64,000 nt of DNA from contig NC_045696.1 in NCBI RefSeq assembly GCF_009834535.1, forward strand, positions 58,158,001 to 58,222,000. The letters run 5' to 3'. Position 1 is the stretch's first letter. The number at the start of each line of letters is the position of its first letter. The notes beneath the pieces were generated by a model. That model saw only the letters and a program-made list of their open reading frames with translations, was not told the origin of the DNA and did not search any database. Shown in pieces: positions 63,203-64,000 of the stretch. The translations under genes were made by a program, and so were the position numbers. This DNA is from Camelus ferus (lineage: Eukaryota).

Positions 63203-64000
63203 CTTTTTAACAGATTTACTGAGGTAGCATTGACATGCAGCTAGCCTCACATATTTGAAGTGTACCATACAAGTTTTAACACATGTACACACCCATGAAA
63301 CCATCACCACCCTCAGAATAAGTGAATTTACCTATCACCCCTTTTGACACCCTTCCCTCCACCTCCTCTGTCACCACACCCCATCCCTCGGCAAGCTGCC
63401 TCTGCCTTCTGCCACTATGGGTAAGTTTTCATTTTCTAGAATTGTGTGTAAGTGGAATAATGCAGTAGACAGTAGACAGATGCCCTTTCTTTTTGTCTAG
63501 CTTCTTTCACTCTGGCATAATAATTTTGATACTCATTCACGTTGCTGCAAGTAGCAATATTTTGCTCCTTTTTATTACTGTGTACATCCATTGTATGGTT
63601 ATACCACAATTTATTTATCTATTCACCTGGTTATGGGTATTTGAACTATGCCCAGTTTTGGACCCTTACAAATAAAAGTGCTATGAACATTTGTGTCTAA
63701 GTCTTTGTGTGAACATATACTTTCTTCTCCCTGGGGGAAATACCTAGGAGTGGAATGGCTGGATTATACAGTAAGTGCATGTTTAACTATTTAAGAAACT
63801 GCCAAACTGTTTTCCAAAGTAGTTTTTCCATTTTCCATTCTCACTAGCATGTAGGAGAGTTTCATTTTTTCCACATCTTCATCACACTTGGGATGATCAG
63901 CCTTTTCAACTTTAGCCATTTTAATAGTGCGTTATGGTATCTCCTTGTGGTTTAATTAGCATTTTTCTAATAGCAAATGATGTTGATCAATTTTCCACAT
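63203..64000 (-). mobile_element. L1MB-type 3' end (runs off the window)
   Basis: tttactgaggta...acacccatgaaaccatcaccac...aatacctaggagtggaatggctgga...agaaactgccaaactgttttccaaagt. Confidence 0.85.

Overview
Mammalian genomic DNA, probably a camelid or another cetartiodactyl. This is inferred from the artiodactyl-type L1 3' ends and from my not seeing Alu, B1/B2, CHR, PRE or Bov-tA SINEs. The left 39 kb holds the last six coding exons of SLC49A4 (DIRC2, a lysosomal MFS transporter) on the + strand. All splice sites are GT-AG, the phases are consistent, and the exons join into an intact 244-codon C-terminal frame ending [12 protein letters not shown]. The introns are filled with old L1, MaLR, hAT-Charlie and MIR relics plus several younger L1 insertions. 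Downstream lie a proximal poly(A) signal (~39.05 kb), a 3'-end-like AU-rich block with two AATAAA (~48.8-49.1 kb), and a dense ERV1 cluster (51-61.4 kb). The cluster contains a 6.2-kb two-LTR provirus (tRNA-Arg PBS, PPT, 4-bp TSD, no visible gag/PR/RT, decayed RNaseH-IN-env). It is inserted in the leader of an older antisense ERV and itself carries two solo LTRs. I found no convincing new protein-coding system; apart from SLC49A4 exons and L1/ERV fragments, the ORF track looks like noise. The most unusual items are the three-level ERV nesting with a reconstructable env signal peptide, a chimeric young/ancient L1 retrocopy with a perfect 15-bp TSD, poly(A)-only retro-insertions, a 40-bp dispersed repeat bracketing an in-frame exon, and a possible ~10-kb distal 3' end. 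Repeat family names and human comparisons come from memory of consensus sequences, not from a search.
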